In this document: piece after piece, positions 46,751-56,863 of the stretch
Position numbering within the stretch: the stretch's first letter is position 1
Layout of the letters: each line of letters opens with the position of its first letter
DNA from: a bacterium
Lineage (GTDB): Bacteria > Patescibacteriota > Minisyncoccia > UBA6257 > Colwellbacteraceae
Assembly: GCA_029548485.1 (NCBI GenBank)
Contig: JAKPNH010000002.1
Coordinates: 7,747-71,746, forward strand
Direction: 5' to 3'
Length of the DNA: 64,000 nucleotides
Position numbers and translations under genes: made by a program
The notes under the pieces: generated by a model
Database searches by the model: none
Seen by the model: the letters and a program-made list of their open reading frames with translations, nothing else
Told to the model about the DNA's origin: nothing

Positions 46751-47659
46751 ATGGAACAAATCACCATCGTCGGCGCCGGCCAGATCGGCCAAGCAGTCGG
46801 CAAAATATTGATCGATAAAGAATACCACGTCGAATTCTGGGACAGCGCTCCCGGAAAAGTGAAAAACCAGTCCAAGCTCGAGGATATCATCCCGGATTCG
46901 GAGCTGATCTTCCTCTGCGTGCCTTCGCGGGCCTTGCGGCAGGCGATCGCCTCTGTCAAGCCCTATTTCTCTTCGAAAAACATCTTGGTTTGCTTTTCCA
47001 AGGGCATGGAGGCGGACACTTCCAATTTTTCTCACGAAACAATCGAGGAAACGGCAAGCGTGACGCCTTACGCTCTTTTCGGAGGCCCGATGATCGCCGA
47101 AACATTGCGTCGGGGAGGCGCCGGCTGCGTCGCTTCGAAATCCGAGGACGTTTTCAAGAAAATAAGCATGGCTTTCGACAGGTCGCCGGTCTACGTCGAT
47201 TATTCGAGGGACGTTTTGGGCGTCGCCGCCTGCGGAGTTTTGAAAAACATCTACGCCTTGGGCTTGGGCGTTGCCGACGGATTGGGCTTGGGAGAAAACA
47301 TCAGGGGCTGGCTCGCCTCGGCGGCCATCAAGGAAATGGCGGAAATCGTGACTCTTTTGGGAGGAGAAAAGAAAACAAGCCAAGGCGTCGCCGGTGTCGG
47401 AGACTTTATGGCCACGGCCTATTCTCCGAATTCGGACAACCGCCAAACCGGCGAAGCGCTCGTCAAAACCGGAAAATTGAACGCCGCTTCGGAAAGCGTG
47501 TCTTCGATCGGGCCGATGACGAGAAGGATCGGCAACAAAGTGGGGGATTTCAAGTTTTTCCACAAGATCAGCGAAATCGTCTTGGCCGGAGAAAAACCGA
47601 AAATCGGGATCAAGGAATTCTTGGCCACGGCCTCGGAATATTCGATCGACAATGATTAG
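46751..47659 (+). CDS. gpsA: NAD(P)H-dependent glycerol-3-phosphate dehydrogenase
   Basis: GAGQIG, VPS, SKG, GP..AE, LKNIYA, G.GD...T, S.N. Confidence 0.82.
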   Translation: MEQITIVGAGQIGQAVGKILIDKEYHVEFWDSAPGKVKNQSKLEDIIPDSELIFLCVPSRALRQAIASVKPYFSSKNILVCFSKGMEADTSNFSHETIEETASVTPYALFGGPMIAETLRRGGAGCVASKSEDVFKKISMAFDRSPVYVDYSRDVLGVAACGVLKNIYALGLGVADGLGLGENIRGWLASAAIKEMAEIVTLLGGEKKTSQGVAGVGDFMATAYSPNSDNRQTGEALVKTGKLNAASESVSSIGPMTRRIGNKVGDFKFFHKISEIVLAGEKPKIGIKEFLATASEYSIDND

Positions 47660-47978
47660 CATCGACGACTTCAAAAAAATCGAATTGAAAACGGCGAAAA
47701 TAATCCGGGCCGAACGCGTGGAAGGATCGGAAAAACTATTGAAGCTCCGGGTGACGCTCGGCGACGAAGAAAGGCAGATAGTCGCCGGCATCGGAAAATA
47801 TTACGAACCCGATGATCTGGTTTCCAAAAATATCGTCATCGTCGCCAATCTCGAGCCTAAAACCCTGGCCGGCGAGGAAAGCCAGGGAATGCTTTTGGCG
47901 GCCACGGACAGCGTAAGCGGAGAACCGGTGATCATCTCTCCGGTCAAAGAAACGGCAACCGGATCGATCATCAAATAA
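47652..47978 (+). CDS. tRNA-binding OB-fold protein (MetRS C-terminal/CsaA-like)
   Basis: DDFKKIEL, KLLKL.V.LG..RQIVAGI, NLEP, SQGMLLAA. Confidence 0.9.
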   Translation: MISIDDFKKIELKTAKIIRAERVEGSEKLLKLRVTLGDEERQIVAGIGKYYEPDDLVSKNIVIVANLEPKTLAGEESQGMLLAATDSVSGEPVIISPVKETATGSIIK

Positions 47979-47980
47979 CC

Positions 47981-48508
47981 ATGGTTCTTCTGTCCCATGC
48001 CGTTGTCGGAGCCGCCATCGGCGTCGCCGTAAAGAATTCTCTTTGGAGTTTTTTGATCGGCATCTTGAGCCACCACTTGATGGATTCTTTTCCGCATATC
48101 GATTACGGCAGCCAGCTGATCAAGGAGTCCGGCCCGAGATTCCTGGGACAGAAGCCGAAACTCAAACCCGATTCTCCGCGGAAATTCGACGAAACCTTTT
48201 GGAAGATCCTTTTCGTCGATTTTTCCGTGGCCTGGACGGTTTTTCTGTGGATTTTCTACCGTTTGCCGGAAAATTTGTGGCTGTCGGTTTTCTTCGGCGC
48301 TTTGGGAGCGTTGCTTCCGGATGTCATCGCTTTTTATCCGCCGTTCGTCAAAGCCGCGACGCGGAAATACAAATGGGCGGCTTTTATCGCGGAAATACAT
48401 TCGGTCTTCCACTGGGCTTTGCCGATCAAATCGCTTTTCTGGGGATTTTTCTGGCAGATCGCTTTCACGGCATCGGCTTTGGGTTATATAGCGCGGTTCA
48501 TCCGTTGA
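47981..48508 (+). CDS. Membrane protein, putative metal-dependent hydrolase
   Basis: HAVVG, SHHLMD..PH.D, LPD, H..FH. Confidence 0.65.
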   Translation: MVLLSHAVVGAAIGVAVKNSLWSFLIGILSHHLMDSFPHIDYGSQLIKESGPRFLGQKPKLKPDSPRKFDETFWKILFVDFSVAWTVFLWIFYRLPENLWLSVFFGALGALLPDVIAFYPPFVKAATRKYKWAAFIAEIHSVFHWALPIKSLFWGFFWQIAFTASALGYIARFIR

Positions 48509-48550
48509 TCGGTCGCCCGTCGAAGCGATAAATGGTAGAATAAAAGCATC

Positions 48551-49384
48551 ATGAAAAGAATTCTATCCATTGTCATCAAGATCGTCATCGCCGTCGCTGT
48601 TTTTAGTTTGGCGGTCATTTACATTCCCAAGCTGTTCGGCCAAGGCGGATTGAGCATCTTCACTCCGAGAAAAAGCGAAAGCGGGAATGTCGTCGTGCGC
48701 GAGCCCGCGGCCAATAGCTTGAAATCTTTGCCTTTTTCCGTAAAGGGAGAAGCTCGGGTTTTCGAGAACATGATCGCTTATGAGCTTCGCGACGCGGCCG
48801 ACGGCTTTGTCTTAAACGAGGGTAACGCTTACGCGAACGCGCCTGATGTCGGCCAATTCGGCCCGTTTTCCATCGAAATCAAAAGCCTGCGCCGTTTGCC
48901 GATGGACGGCGGCGTCATCCTCGAAGTTTTCAATTATTCGGCCAAGGACGGTTCGCGGGAAAATCAGGTAGTTATTCCTCTTAAATTGGCCAAGCAGGAT
49001 TTTCAGACGCTCCAGGTGTTTTTCGGAAAGCAGGGGGTTTCCGAAGCGGACTGCATGACCATGGCGGCGGTCCCAAGGATCGTCCCGAGAACTTCGGCTC
49101 CGGCGCGGGAAAGTTTGGAATTCCTATTGGAGGGGCCGACGAGGACCGAATACGACGAAGGCTATTACACCAATCTGAATCCGGACGTCAAAATCCAGCG
49201 CCTCGCGATCGAGAACGGCTTGGCCGAAGTCGATTTTGACGAGACGCTCGAAGGAAGCGTCGGCGGTTCTTGCCGGGTAACGGCCATCAGGTCGCAAATC
49301 ATCCAAACTTTGAAACAGTTTCCGACCGTCGAAAACGTGATCATTTCCATCGACGGCCGGACCGAAGACATTCTCCAGCCGTAA
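48551..49384 (+). CDS. Gmad2 Ig-like + GerMN domain protein
   Basis: G.ARVFE...G.F; LLEGPT, GGSCRV.AIR.QI..TLKQFPTV.NV.ISIDG. Confidence 0.85.
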   Translation: MKRILSIVIKIVIAVAVFSLAVIYIPKLFGQGGLSIFTPRKSESGNVVVREPAANSLKSLPFSVKGEARVFENMIAYELRDAADGFVLNEGNAYANAPDVGQFGPFSIEIKSLRRLPMDGGVILEVFNYSAKDGSRENQVVIPLKLAKQDFQTLQVFFGKQGVSEADCMTMAAVPRIVPRTSAPARESLEFLLEGPTRTEYDEGYYTNLNPDVKIQRLAIENGLAEVDFDETLEGSVGGSCRVTAIRSQIIQTLKQFPTVENVIISIDGRTEDILQP

Positions 49385-49449
49385 TCAAACCGGTCGAAAC
49401 CGGCTTGGACGAATGTCGATATGATATAATAGAAAAAAACAAAATAAAC

Positions 49450-49992
49450 ATGGCCAAAAAAGAAAAAGTCGTTGTTTTAAACAAACCGGAAACAAGGCGG
49501 AAGATCCTCGTCGGAGTCTTGGTCGCGCTTGTCGTCATTATTCCGTTCGTATATTGGAAAGGATGGAGTAAGCTTCAGACGGCTTTCGACTCAATCATGG
49601 TGGAGCGGACGGTCAAGAACTTCTATCGGGATTTCGCCGAACAGATAAACACGAACGAGGCTTGGGAGGATTTTATCGAGCAATACCTTTCTAAAACCGC
49701 CGAAATCCTGATGACCGGACGGGCTTCGAGATTGATTTACGACGCCGAACACGGCAGCCAGCACGTCTTCAAGTTCACTTCGCCGGTGGGAACCAAAATC
49801 TATAAGCTCGAGGATCTGATGGCTTATGTCTTGGCCGACGCCACTTACGAAGAGAGTTTGATCGGCGGCGAGCCGCAGGATTTTGTCATGGAAAAGTTCC
49901 TTACCCTCGAAAAAATCAACAACGAGTGGAGAATAACCGCCGATGCGGATCGAACGGCGAGTTTCAACGAATATCTCGGAAACTTAAATTAA
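49450..49992 (+). CDS. Hypothetical membrane-anchored protein (NTF2-like ending)
   Basis: TM near N-terminus, LEKINNEWRI; start at MAKK. Confidence 0.6.
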   Translation: MAKKEKVVVLNKPETRRKILVGVLVALVVIIPFVYWKGWSKLQTAFDSIMVERTVKNFYRDFAEQINTNEAWEDFIEQYLSKTAEILMTGRASRLIYDAEHGSQHVFKFTSPVGTKIYKLEDLMAYVLADATYEESLIGGEPQDFVMEKFLTLEKINNEWRITADADRTASFNEYLGNLN

Positions 49993-49993
49993 C

Positions 49994-50980
49994 ATGACCA
50001 AGTACAATAAAATTTGTCTCTCGCTCGGCCTTTTGTTCGTTTTAGCTTTTGCCGGTGCGGACTTGAAAACTGCCAAGGCCGATTATGTAGATTACGTGAA
50101 TGGTAGAGAAGTTTTAGTGCAATACGATTGGGATACTGGAAAATTGGACCTTATCGATGTTAGTACTGGTTCGACCATCGCAAATGATTTAGATTTTACG
50201 CAGGATGATAATGGCCGAGGAGTGCCGGTCGGTGGATACGATATTGAGCCACCAGAAAGAGAAGAAACACTTGGCATTACAGATTCTTCGGAAAGAGCTG
50301 AAGAATATTCTTGCTCGCAAGTCGGAGTCTGCGGCACTACGGTCATCGGTTATAATTCTAATCCCCAAAATCCGAATTACGCGTTATATAGCGCTACGAA
50401 TACTCGAGAAATAGTAACCGTTTTTCTTAGGCATTCCGGTCAATCCCAAGGCAATCAAGCTTGGGACGACGCAGAGGATGACGCAGCTTCATTGATCGAG
50501 AAATATGGCATTAATGAAAATTCTGTTCTAGATTCTAAGACTGTGAATGATATATTAAGGGACCTTGGAGCTAATTTTAAAGTGGATGATAATATCGATT
50601 CTGTATCCCGAAAAGAATTACTTGAGGCTCTCGCGCAAGCCGGCCAAAACGGCAGTGAACCGGGGGGGTCACCAGACGAAGAGGAAGAAGAATGGACTCC
50701 ACCGGAAACCGGGCCTTTTGTCTCGATTTTGGAATGTTCGTTCACGGCCACGCCTGCGGAAATCCTCTACAGTAAATCAAGCCGGTTGAGATGGAATTGC
50801 AATCGAGCCGATACTTGCTCGATCAGTGATGAAACGGGCGTAGTTGTAAGGTCGTCGATCACGACCATGTCTGGAGAAGTCCAGGTTTCTCCGCTCAAAA
50901 CCACGCGCTATTATCTGAATTGTTCCGATAACAAATCTTGGGAAACTCTGGTAAGAGTTTTCAGCAGCGGAATACAGTAA
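49994..50980 (+). CDS. Hypothetical secreted protein with C-terminal Ig-like module
   Basis: Signal peptide ..AKA, acidic linker, F.A.P..I......L.W.C...C...TT.Y.L.C. Confidence 0.7.
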   Translation: MTKYNKICLSLGLLFVLAFAGADLKTAKADYVDYVNGREVLVQYDWDTGKLDLIDVSTGSTIANDLDFTQDDNGRGVPVGGYDIEPPEREETLGITDSSERAEEYSCSQVGVCGTTVIGYNSNPQNPNYALYSATNTREIVTVFLRHSGQSQGNQAWDDAEDDAASLIEKYGINENSVLDSKTVNDILRDLGANFKVDDNIDSVSRKELLEALAQAGQNGSEPGGSPDEEEEEWTPPETGPFVSILECSFTATPAEILYSKSSRLRWNCNRADTCSISDETGVVVRSSITTMSGEVQVSPLKTTRYYLNCSDNKSWETLVRVFSSGIQ

Positions 50981-51055
50981 GGTAAGCTGAAGGTAAAAAC
51001 CCCGTGCATCGGTACGGGGTTTTTGTATAAAAAAATAGAACGCTCCAGGAGCGTT

Positions 51056-51286
51056 CTAAAAGTGCTTATCGATGAATTCCTGGATCTCCGGGCGTGTCTT
51101 CCTCCAGGTTAATAGGAGAAGAATGGGCCCAGAAACCATCATCGCTGGCGTCGGCATAAAGCGACCGACGCCGATGTAACGGGTTTGGAACATCACCAGG
51201 CCTAAAGCATTGAAGAATAACCAGGATATCAATTCGACGCTCAAACAAACCCCAACGATAAATACGATTCTTCTTATTACTTTCAA
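51056..51286 (-). CDS. Small membrane protein
   Basis: AAGGAGG before TTG start; two hydrophobic segments. Confidence 0.55.
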   Translation of the reverse strand: MKVIRRIVFIVGVCLSVELISWLFFNALGLVMFQTRYIGVGRFMPTPAMMVSGPILLLLTWRKTRPEIQEFIDKHF

Positions 51287-51387
51287 GGTTCTACCTCCTT
51301 TTAGTCTTATAAATTAATTATAACACATTATAACATTTATGTCAAACACAAAAAACATAGGAATTATGCTATTATTTAGCGTAAGAA

Positions 51388-52692
51388 ATGCCTCAAAAAT
51401 TCATTATCAAAGGCGGAAATCGGCTTGAAGGAGAGGTTAGGGTCCGCGGCGCCAAAAACTCCGTGAGCAAGCTTTTGATCGCCAGTCTTTTGACCGAAGA
51501 CGAAGTTAAATTGACAAACGTCCCCCTGAACCAGGAAACGGAAATCTCTTTGGAGCTTTGCGAAAGCATCGGTTCGATCGTAAAGCGCGAAGCGGACACG
51601 ATCACTATCAAAACCCCGGATATCAAGAATTACCGCGTCAAAGAGTTGTCGAGAAAAAACCGCATTCCCATTCTGGCGCTCGGACCGCTTCTCGTAAGGG
51701 CCGGAGAAGCCGAAGTGCCGATGGTGGGCGGAGACAAGATCGGCCCCCGGCCCATAGATTTCCACATCGCTTCTTTGGAAAAGCTCGGAGCGAAAATAGA
51801 AATGAACGAATCGACCATCGTCGCCAAAGCCAGAACCTGTCTCTGCGGAGCGGACATTGTTTTGCCGTATCCGAGCGTAGGCGCCACGGAAAACTCCATT
51901 TTGGCCGCGGTTCTCGCCAAAGGCAGGACGACGATCGTGAACGCCGCCACCGAGCCGGAAATCATCGACATGATAAAAATGCTCCAGAACATGGGAGCGA
52001 TCATCGAACTCGGAGCGAACCGGACGGTCTATATCGACGGCGTCGAACGCCTCCACGGCGTGGAACATCGGCTCATACCCGACAGGCTCGAAGCGGTTTC
52101 TTTCGCGGTCATGGCTCTCGCGACAAACGGAAACATTTTGGTTCGCGATGCGGTCCAGGAGCATCTGATCGCTTTTTTGAACGCGGTGAGAAGAATGGGC
52201 GCAAAGTACGAAGTCGAACCCGAAGACGGCATCAGGTTTTACCGGAATGGAGAACTGAAAGCGACGAATATCGAAACCGACACCTATCCCGGATTCGCCA
52301 CCGATTGGCAGCAGCCGACGGCCGTGCTTTTGACGCAGGCGAGAGGGACGTCGGTGATCCACGAAACCGTCTACGAAGACCGGTTCGGCTACGCCGAAGA
52401 TTTGAACAAAATGGGCGCGAAAATCAGCGTTGAAACAAAATGCCTCGGGATATTGCCTTGCCGTTTCCAGGGCAAGGACTACAAGCACAGCGCCGTGATC
52501 CAGGGGCCGACTTTGCTCAAGGCGGCCGACATTTCCATGCGGGACATCAGGGCCGGCATGGCCCAGGTGATCGCCGCCTTGATCGCTCGTGGCGTGTCCG
52601 AAGTTTCCGGAGTGGAGCACATCGACCGGGGTTACGAAAAAATAGACGAAAGGATAAAAGAGCTCGGCGGCGACATCAAAAGAATCGGTTAA
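51388..52692 (+). CDS. murA: UDP-N-acetylglucosamine 1-carboxyvinyltransferase (Asp at the Cys115 position)
   Basis: GAKNS, GGDKIGPRPIDFH, SVGATEN, YPGFATD.Q, DIRAG, IDRGYE. Confidence 0.95.
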   Translation: MPQKFIIKGGNRLEGEVRVRGAKNSVSKLLIASLLTEDEVKLTNVPLNQETEISLELCESIGSIVKREADTITIKTPDIKNYRVKELSRKNRIPILALGPLLVRAGEAEVPMVGGDKIGPRPIDFHIASLEKLGAKIEMNESTIVAKARTCLCGADIVLPYPSVGATENSILAAVLAKGRTTIVNAATEPEIIDMIKMLQNMGAIIELGANRTVYIDGVERLHGVEHRLIPDRLEAVSFAVMALATNGNILVRDAVQEHLIAFLNAVRRMGAKYEVEPEDGIRFYRNGELKATNIETDTYPGFATDWQQPTAVLLTQARGTSVIHETVYEDRFGYAEDLNKMGAKISVETKCLGILPCRFQGKDYKHSAVIQGPTLLKAADISMRDIRAGMAQVIAALIARGVSEVSGVEHIDRGYEKIDERIKELGGDIKRIG

Positions 52693-52699
52693 GCGCAAG

Positions 52700-54721
52700 A
52701 TGACGAAGCAAGAAGCCAAAGAGCGCATCGAAAAGCTCAAAAAAGAAATCAATCGGGACCGCTACGCTTACCACGTCCTCGACAAATCCCTGATTCCGGA
52801 CGAGGTTTTGGATTCCTTGAAAAAAGAGCTTTTCGACCTGGAGCTCCAATATCCGGAATTCGTCACGCCGGATTCGCCGACGCAAAGAGTGGCCGGAGAA
52901 CCCCTCAAGGAGTTCCGGAAAGTTCCGCACGAGCGGCCGATGATTTCTTTCAACGACGCTTTTTCCGAGAAAGACATGGAAGATTGGCTCGACAGGCTCG
53001 AGAATTATTTGAAAAAGAAAATCGACAGGGAATTCTTCTGCGAACTGAAGCTCGACGGATTGTCGGTGGAGCTCGTCTACGACAACGGAGTTTTTGTTCG
53101 GGGTTCGACGAGGGGCGACGGCCTGGTCGGCGAAGACGTCACCCAGAACTTGAGAACCATCGAAGACATTCCCTTGAAGCTCGAAGGCGATTACCCGAAA
53201 CATTTGGTGGTCCGCGGAGAAGTGATTCTGAGCAAAAAAGAATTCGAACGGATCAACAAGGAGCAGAAAAAGAAAGGCGAGAAGCTTTACGCCAATCCGC
53301 GGAACATCGCCTCGGGTTCGGTCCGTCAGCTCGATCCGAAAATCACCGCTTCGAGAAACATGGATTCTTTCCAATACGACATCGTGGTGGGCCGGGAAAC
53401 CAAAACCCACGCCGAAGAGCACGCGCTTTTGAAAAAATGGGGGTTCAACGTCAATCCGGAAAGCAAACTTACCCGTTCGCTCGAAGAAGTTTTCGATTTC
53501 CACCGGCGCTGGGGCGATCCGATCGCCCGGGAAAAACTGGATTACGAGATCGACGGCATCGTCGTCATCGTGAACCAGAACAAGGTTTTCGAAGAAGCCG
53601 GAGTCATCGGCAAGGCTTCGCGGGCGACCATCGCCTACAAGTTTTCTCCGAAAGAGGCGACGACCATCGTCGAAGACATCAGAGTCCAGGTCGGCCGCAC
53701 CGGGAACCTGACGCCGGTCGCGGTGATGAAACCGGTCTCGGTCGGCGGAACGACCATCACCCACGCCACGCTCCATAACATGGACCAGATCGAAAAACTC
53801 GACCTGAAGATCGGGGATACGGTGGTGGTTAGCCGGGCCGGAGACGTCATTCCCCAGATCACCAAGGTTTTCAAGGAATTGCGGACCGGAAAGGAAAGAT
53901 CCTTCAAAATGCCTGAAACGTGTCCGGTGGACGGCTCGCCCGTAATCAAAACCGGAGTCTTTTACCGTTGCTCCAACCCCAAATGCGGCGCTAGGAACAG
54001 GCGGGAAATAAGGCATTTCGTTTCCAAGGCGGCTTTCAACATCGAAGGCCTTGGCCCGAAAATCATCGACCGGTTCATGGACGAAGGCTTGATCTCGGAC
54101 GCGGCCGACATTTGGAGCCTCCAAAAAGGCGACATCGCCTCGCTCGAGAAGTTCGGGGAAAAATCCGCCGATAATCTGATCAATGAAATTGAAGCCAGAA
54201 AAAAAGTGGGGCTGGCGAGATTCATTTATTCTTTGGGAATCTTGCATGTAGGCGAGGAAACGGCGAACACCCTGGCCAAAGACATGGCGAAAAAGAGCGG
54301 AAAAAAGACTTTCAAGCCCGGAGAAGCGACCGGAATCTTGGAGTCCTTGTCCAAAGAAGAACTCGAGGAACTGCCGGATATCGGCCCCAAGGTGGCGGAA
54401 AGCTTTTATTCCTGGTTCAAGGATAAAAGAAACATCCACTTGTTGGAAAAATTGGACAAGTCGGGAATAGAAATCCGGTTGGAAACTCCGGCTTCGGGGA
54501 AATTGAGCGGCAAGACTTTTGTCTTGACCGGAACGCTCGAGACGATGTCCCGGGAACAGGCCAAAGAAAAGATCCGCGCTTTGGGAGGGGATATATCGGA
54601 ATCTGTCGGCTCGAAAACGGATTATCTTGTCGCGGGTATCGATCCGGGATCGAAATATAACAGAGCGAAAGAAATCGGCGTGAAAATCTTAGACGAGAAA
54701 GAGTTCTTGAGGCTGATATAA
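52700..54721 (+). CDS. ligA: NAD-dependent DNA ligase
   Basis: ELKLDG, TRGDG..GEDVT, NPRN, QVGRTG, zinc finger, BRCT. Confidence 0.97.
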   Translation: MTKQEAKERIEKLKKEINRDRYAYHVLDKSLIPDEVLDSLKKELFDLELQYPEFVTPDSPTQRVAGEPLKEFRKVPHERPMISFNDAFSEKDMEDWLDRLENYLKKKIDREFFCELKLDGLSVELVYDNGVFVRGSTRGDGLVGEDVTQNLRTIEDIPLKLEGDYPKHLVVRGEVILSKKEFERINKEQKKKGEKLYANPRNIASGSVRQLDPKITASRNMDSFQYDIVVGRETKTHAEEHALLKKWGFNVNPESKLTRSLEEVFDFHRRWGDPIAREKLDYEIDGIVVIVNQNKVFEEAGVIGKASRATIAYKFSPKEATTIVEDIRVQVGRTGNLTPVAVMKPVSVGGTTITHATLHNMDQIEKLDLKIGDTVVVSRAGDVIPQITKVFKELRTGKERSFKMPETCPVDGSPVIKTGVFYRCSNPKCGARNRREIRHFVSKAAFNIEGLGPKIIDRFMDEGLISDAADIWSLQKGDIASLEKFGEKSADNLINEIEARKKVGLARFIYSLGILHVGEETANTLAKDMAKKSGKKTFKPGEATGILESLSKEELEELPDIGPKVAESFYSWFKDKRNIHLLEKLDKSGIEIRLETPASGKLSGKTFVLTGTLETMSREQAKEKIRALGGDISESVGSKTDYLVAGIDPGSKYNRAKEIGVKILDEKEFLRLI

Positions 54722-54775
54722 AACTTAAGAATAGTTGTCTTTTGGTGTATGATAAAATCTAACGCTTTATTTTCT

Positions 54776-56521
54776 ATGATTTTCAAAGATCCCCATATCC
54801 AAAAAACGATCGAACTTCTGAAAGAGCCGAAAAAGCTTTATTGGGGCATGCTCGCCGCCGTTGTTTCCGCCGGAATGACCGCTCTCATTCCTTTGATTTA
54901 CGGCCGTTCGATCGACATCGCCGTTCAGCCGGAATCCGATCTTCTCTTTATCATCGGACTGCTCGTTTTGTGGTTTATTCTGTCTTTGGTCGCCGACGGG
55001 CTTTCGAGGTACAGCGTCAGGCAATCTTACGAGGTGGCGATGGATTTGACGAACAGGCTCCTCGTGAAGATTTTCCGCCACCTGAACGATCTGCCGATCA
55101 AGTTCCACAAGGAAATGAAAATGGGAAAGATCATGCGCCGGGTGGACCGGGGAGTGGAAGATCTTTCCAATATGATAGAAAAATCTCTTTTCGCTTTTTT
55201 CCCGTCGGTCATCTCATGCGTCGTCGCCATCGCCATTCTCTTTTTCGTGGAATGGCGGCTGGCTTCGATTCTCACGGTTTCGAGCCTGGTCTACGTCTGG
55301 ATCACTTTCGTCTACACGAAAAACATCGTCAAGAAGCAGAAGGAAATGCACCGCGGTTGGGAAAAAGCCTACGGGGACCTGTGGGATTCGGTTTTGAACG
55401 TCCAAGCGGTCAAGGCGGCCGTGGCCGAGGAGTTCGAAGAAAAAAGGAATTTGAAGAATTTCATTGCCGCCGGAGGAGTTTATATCAAATGGCGGAATAT
55501 ATGGCAGGAAATGGCCATGTGGCAAAAGATAGTTTTTTCCTTGGGATTCGTTTCGGTGTTCGGGTTGGGAATAATCATGCTCCGGTCCGGAGAGCTTTCC
55601 GCGGGCAATTTGGTGATGTTCTTCGGATACATCAACCTTTTGACCGTTCCCTTGACCCAGCTCGCCGACCAGTACCGGATGATAAAAAGCGGCATGTTTT
55701 CTTTCCGCCGGGCCATGAAATATTACGATTATCCGGAAGAGAAAGACGTGAGCCGTCCGGTCGTCATCGAAAGCCTTGGTGGATCGGTGGAGTTCGAGAA
55801 CGTCGATTTCGGCTACAAGAAAAACAAGCTTGTTTTGCGTGACATCAGCTTCAAAGTCGAACCCGGAGAGTCCGTGGCCTTTGTCGGAGAGTCCGGCGTT
55901 GGCAAAAGTACGGTCGTCGACATGATCGGCCGGTATTATTTGCCGGTCAAAGGACGGATCCTCATCGACGGCGTGGACATCAAGAGGCTCCAATTGAAAG
56001 CGCTCCGCGAGCAGATGGCGGTCGTGCCCCAGGAAATATTGCTTTTCAACGACACCATTAAAAACAACATCCGCTACGGGAAGCCGAAAGCGACCGACGA
56101 GGAGATCGAGGCGGCGGCCAAGGCGGCGAGCGCCGACGAATTCATCGAGACGTTTCCCCGGAAATATAACCAGATGGTGGGTGAGCGGGGAATCAAGCTT
56201 TCCGGAGGCCAGAAACAGCGGCTTGCCATCGCCCGGGCGATTTTGAGGAATCCGAAGATTTTGATCCTGGACGAAGCCACTTCGGCGCTCGATTCGGCCT
56301 CGGAAAAAATGGTCCAGGCCGCTTTGGCCGATTTGATCAGGGGTCGGACGACTTTCATCATCGCCCACCGCTTGAGCACCATCCAGAAAGCGGATAAAAT
56401 CATCGTTTTGGAAAAAGGCAAGATCGCCGAAATGGGAACGCACGAAGAATTGATGCGGGATCCGGACGGCATTTACCGCAATTTCTGGGAGCTCCAAACC
56501 GCCATCGGCAAAGTGAGCTGA
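54776..56521 (+). CDS. ABC exporter, fused TMD + ATPase (MsbA/MdlB-like)
   Basis: 6 TM, GESGVGKST, LSGGQKQR, ILDEATSALD, IAHRLST. Confidence 0.92.
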   Translation: MIFKDPHIQKTIELLKEPKKLYWGMLAAVVSAGMTALIPLIYGRSIDIAVQPESDLLFIIGLLVLWFILSLVADGLSRYSVRQSYEVAMDLTNRLLVKIFRHLNDLPIKFHKEMKMGKIMRRVDRGVEDLSNMIEKSLFAFFPSVISCVVAIAILFFVEWRLASILTVSSLVYVWITFVYTKNIVKKQKEMHRGWEKAYGDLWDSVLNVQAVKAAVAEEFEEKRNLKNFIAAGGVYIKWRNIWQEMAMWQKIVFSLGFVSVFGLGIIMLRSGELSAGNLVMFFGYINLLTVPLTQLADQYRMIKSGMFSFRRAMKYYDYPEEKDVSRPVVIESLGGSVEFENVDFGYKKNKLVLRDISFKVEPGESVAFVGESGVGKSTVVDMIGRYYLPVKGRILIDGVDIKRLQLKALREQMAVVPQEILLFNDTIKNNIRYGKPKATDEEIEAAAKAASADEFIETFPRKYNQMVGERGIKLSGGQKQRLAIARAILRNPKILILDEATSALDSASEKMVQAALADLIRGRTTFIIAHRLSTIQKADKIIVLEKGKIAEMGTHEELMRDPDGIYRNFWELQTAIGKVS

Positions 56522-56563
56522 TTTGTGGAGAGCGGAGGTTTTGTTTAAGATGAGTGAAGAATC

Positions 56564-56863
56564 ATGGCGATCAACGAAGAGACAATCGAACATCTGGCCG
56601 AACTCTGCCGAATAAAAATAAGCGACAAGCAGAAAGAGAAGCTTTCCTCCGATCTCGAGGGAATACTCGGCCATTTCAAGGAGCTGACCGAGCTCGACAC
56701 CGCTGATGTTTCGCCCGTAACCGGCGGCACGGATTTGATGAACGTCTTGATGGACGACGAAGAAAACGACGAATTGCTTTCCAAAGGTAAGGAGGCTTTC
56801 CCCGAGGAAGAAAAGGGATTCTTGAAAGTCCCGGCCGTGTTCGATAAAAGCGACCATGAATGA
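56564..56863 (+). CDS. gatC: Asp/Glu-tRNA amidotransferase subunit C
   Basis: HLAEL.RI, L.ELDT..V.P, KVPAV; upstream of gatA. Confidence 0.9.
   Translation: MAINEETIEHLAELCRIKISDKQKEKLSSDLEGILGHFKELTELDTADVSPVTGGTDLMNVLMDDEENDELLSKGKEAFPEEEKGFLKVPAVFDKSDHE

Noticed and set aside
51318-51340. ttataaca tandem repeat between the small membrane gene and murA
   Set aside because: Only two short copies in an AT-rich divergent promoter region; probably overlapping -10 elements.
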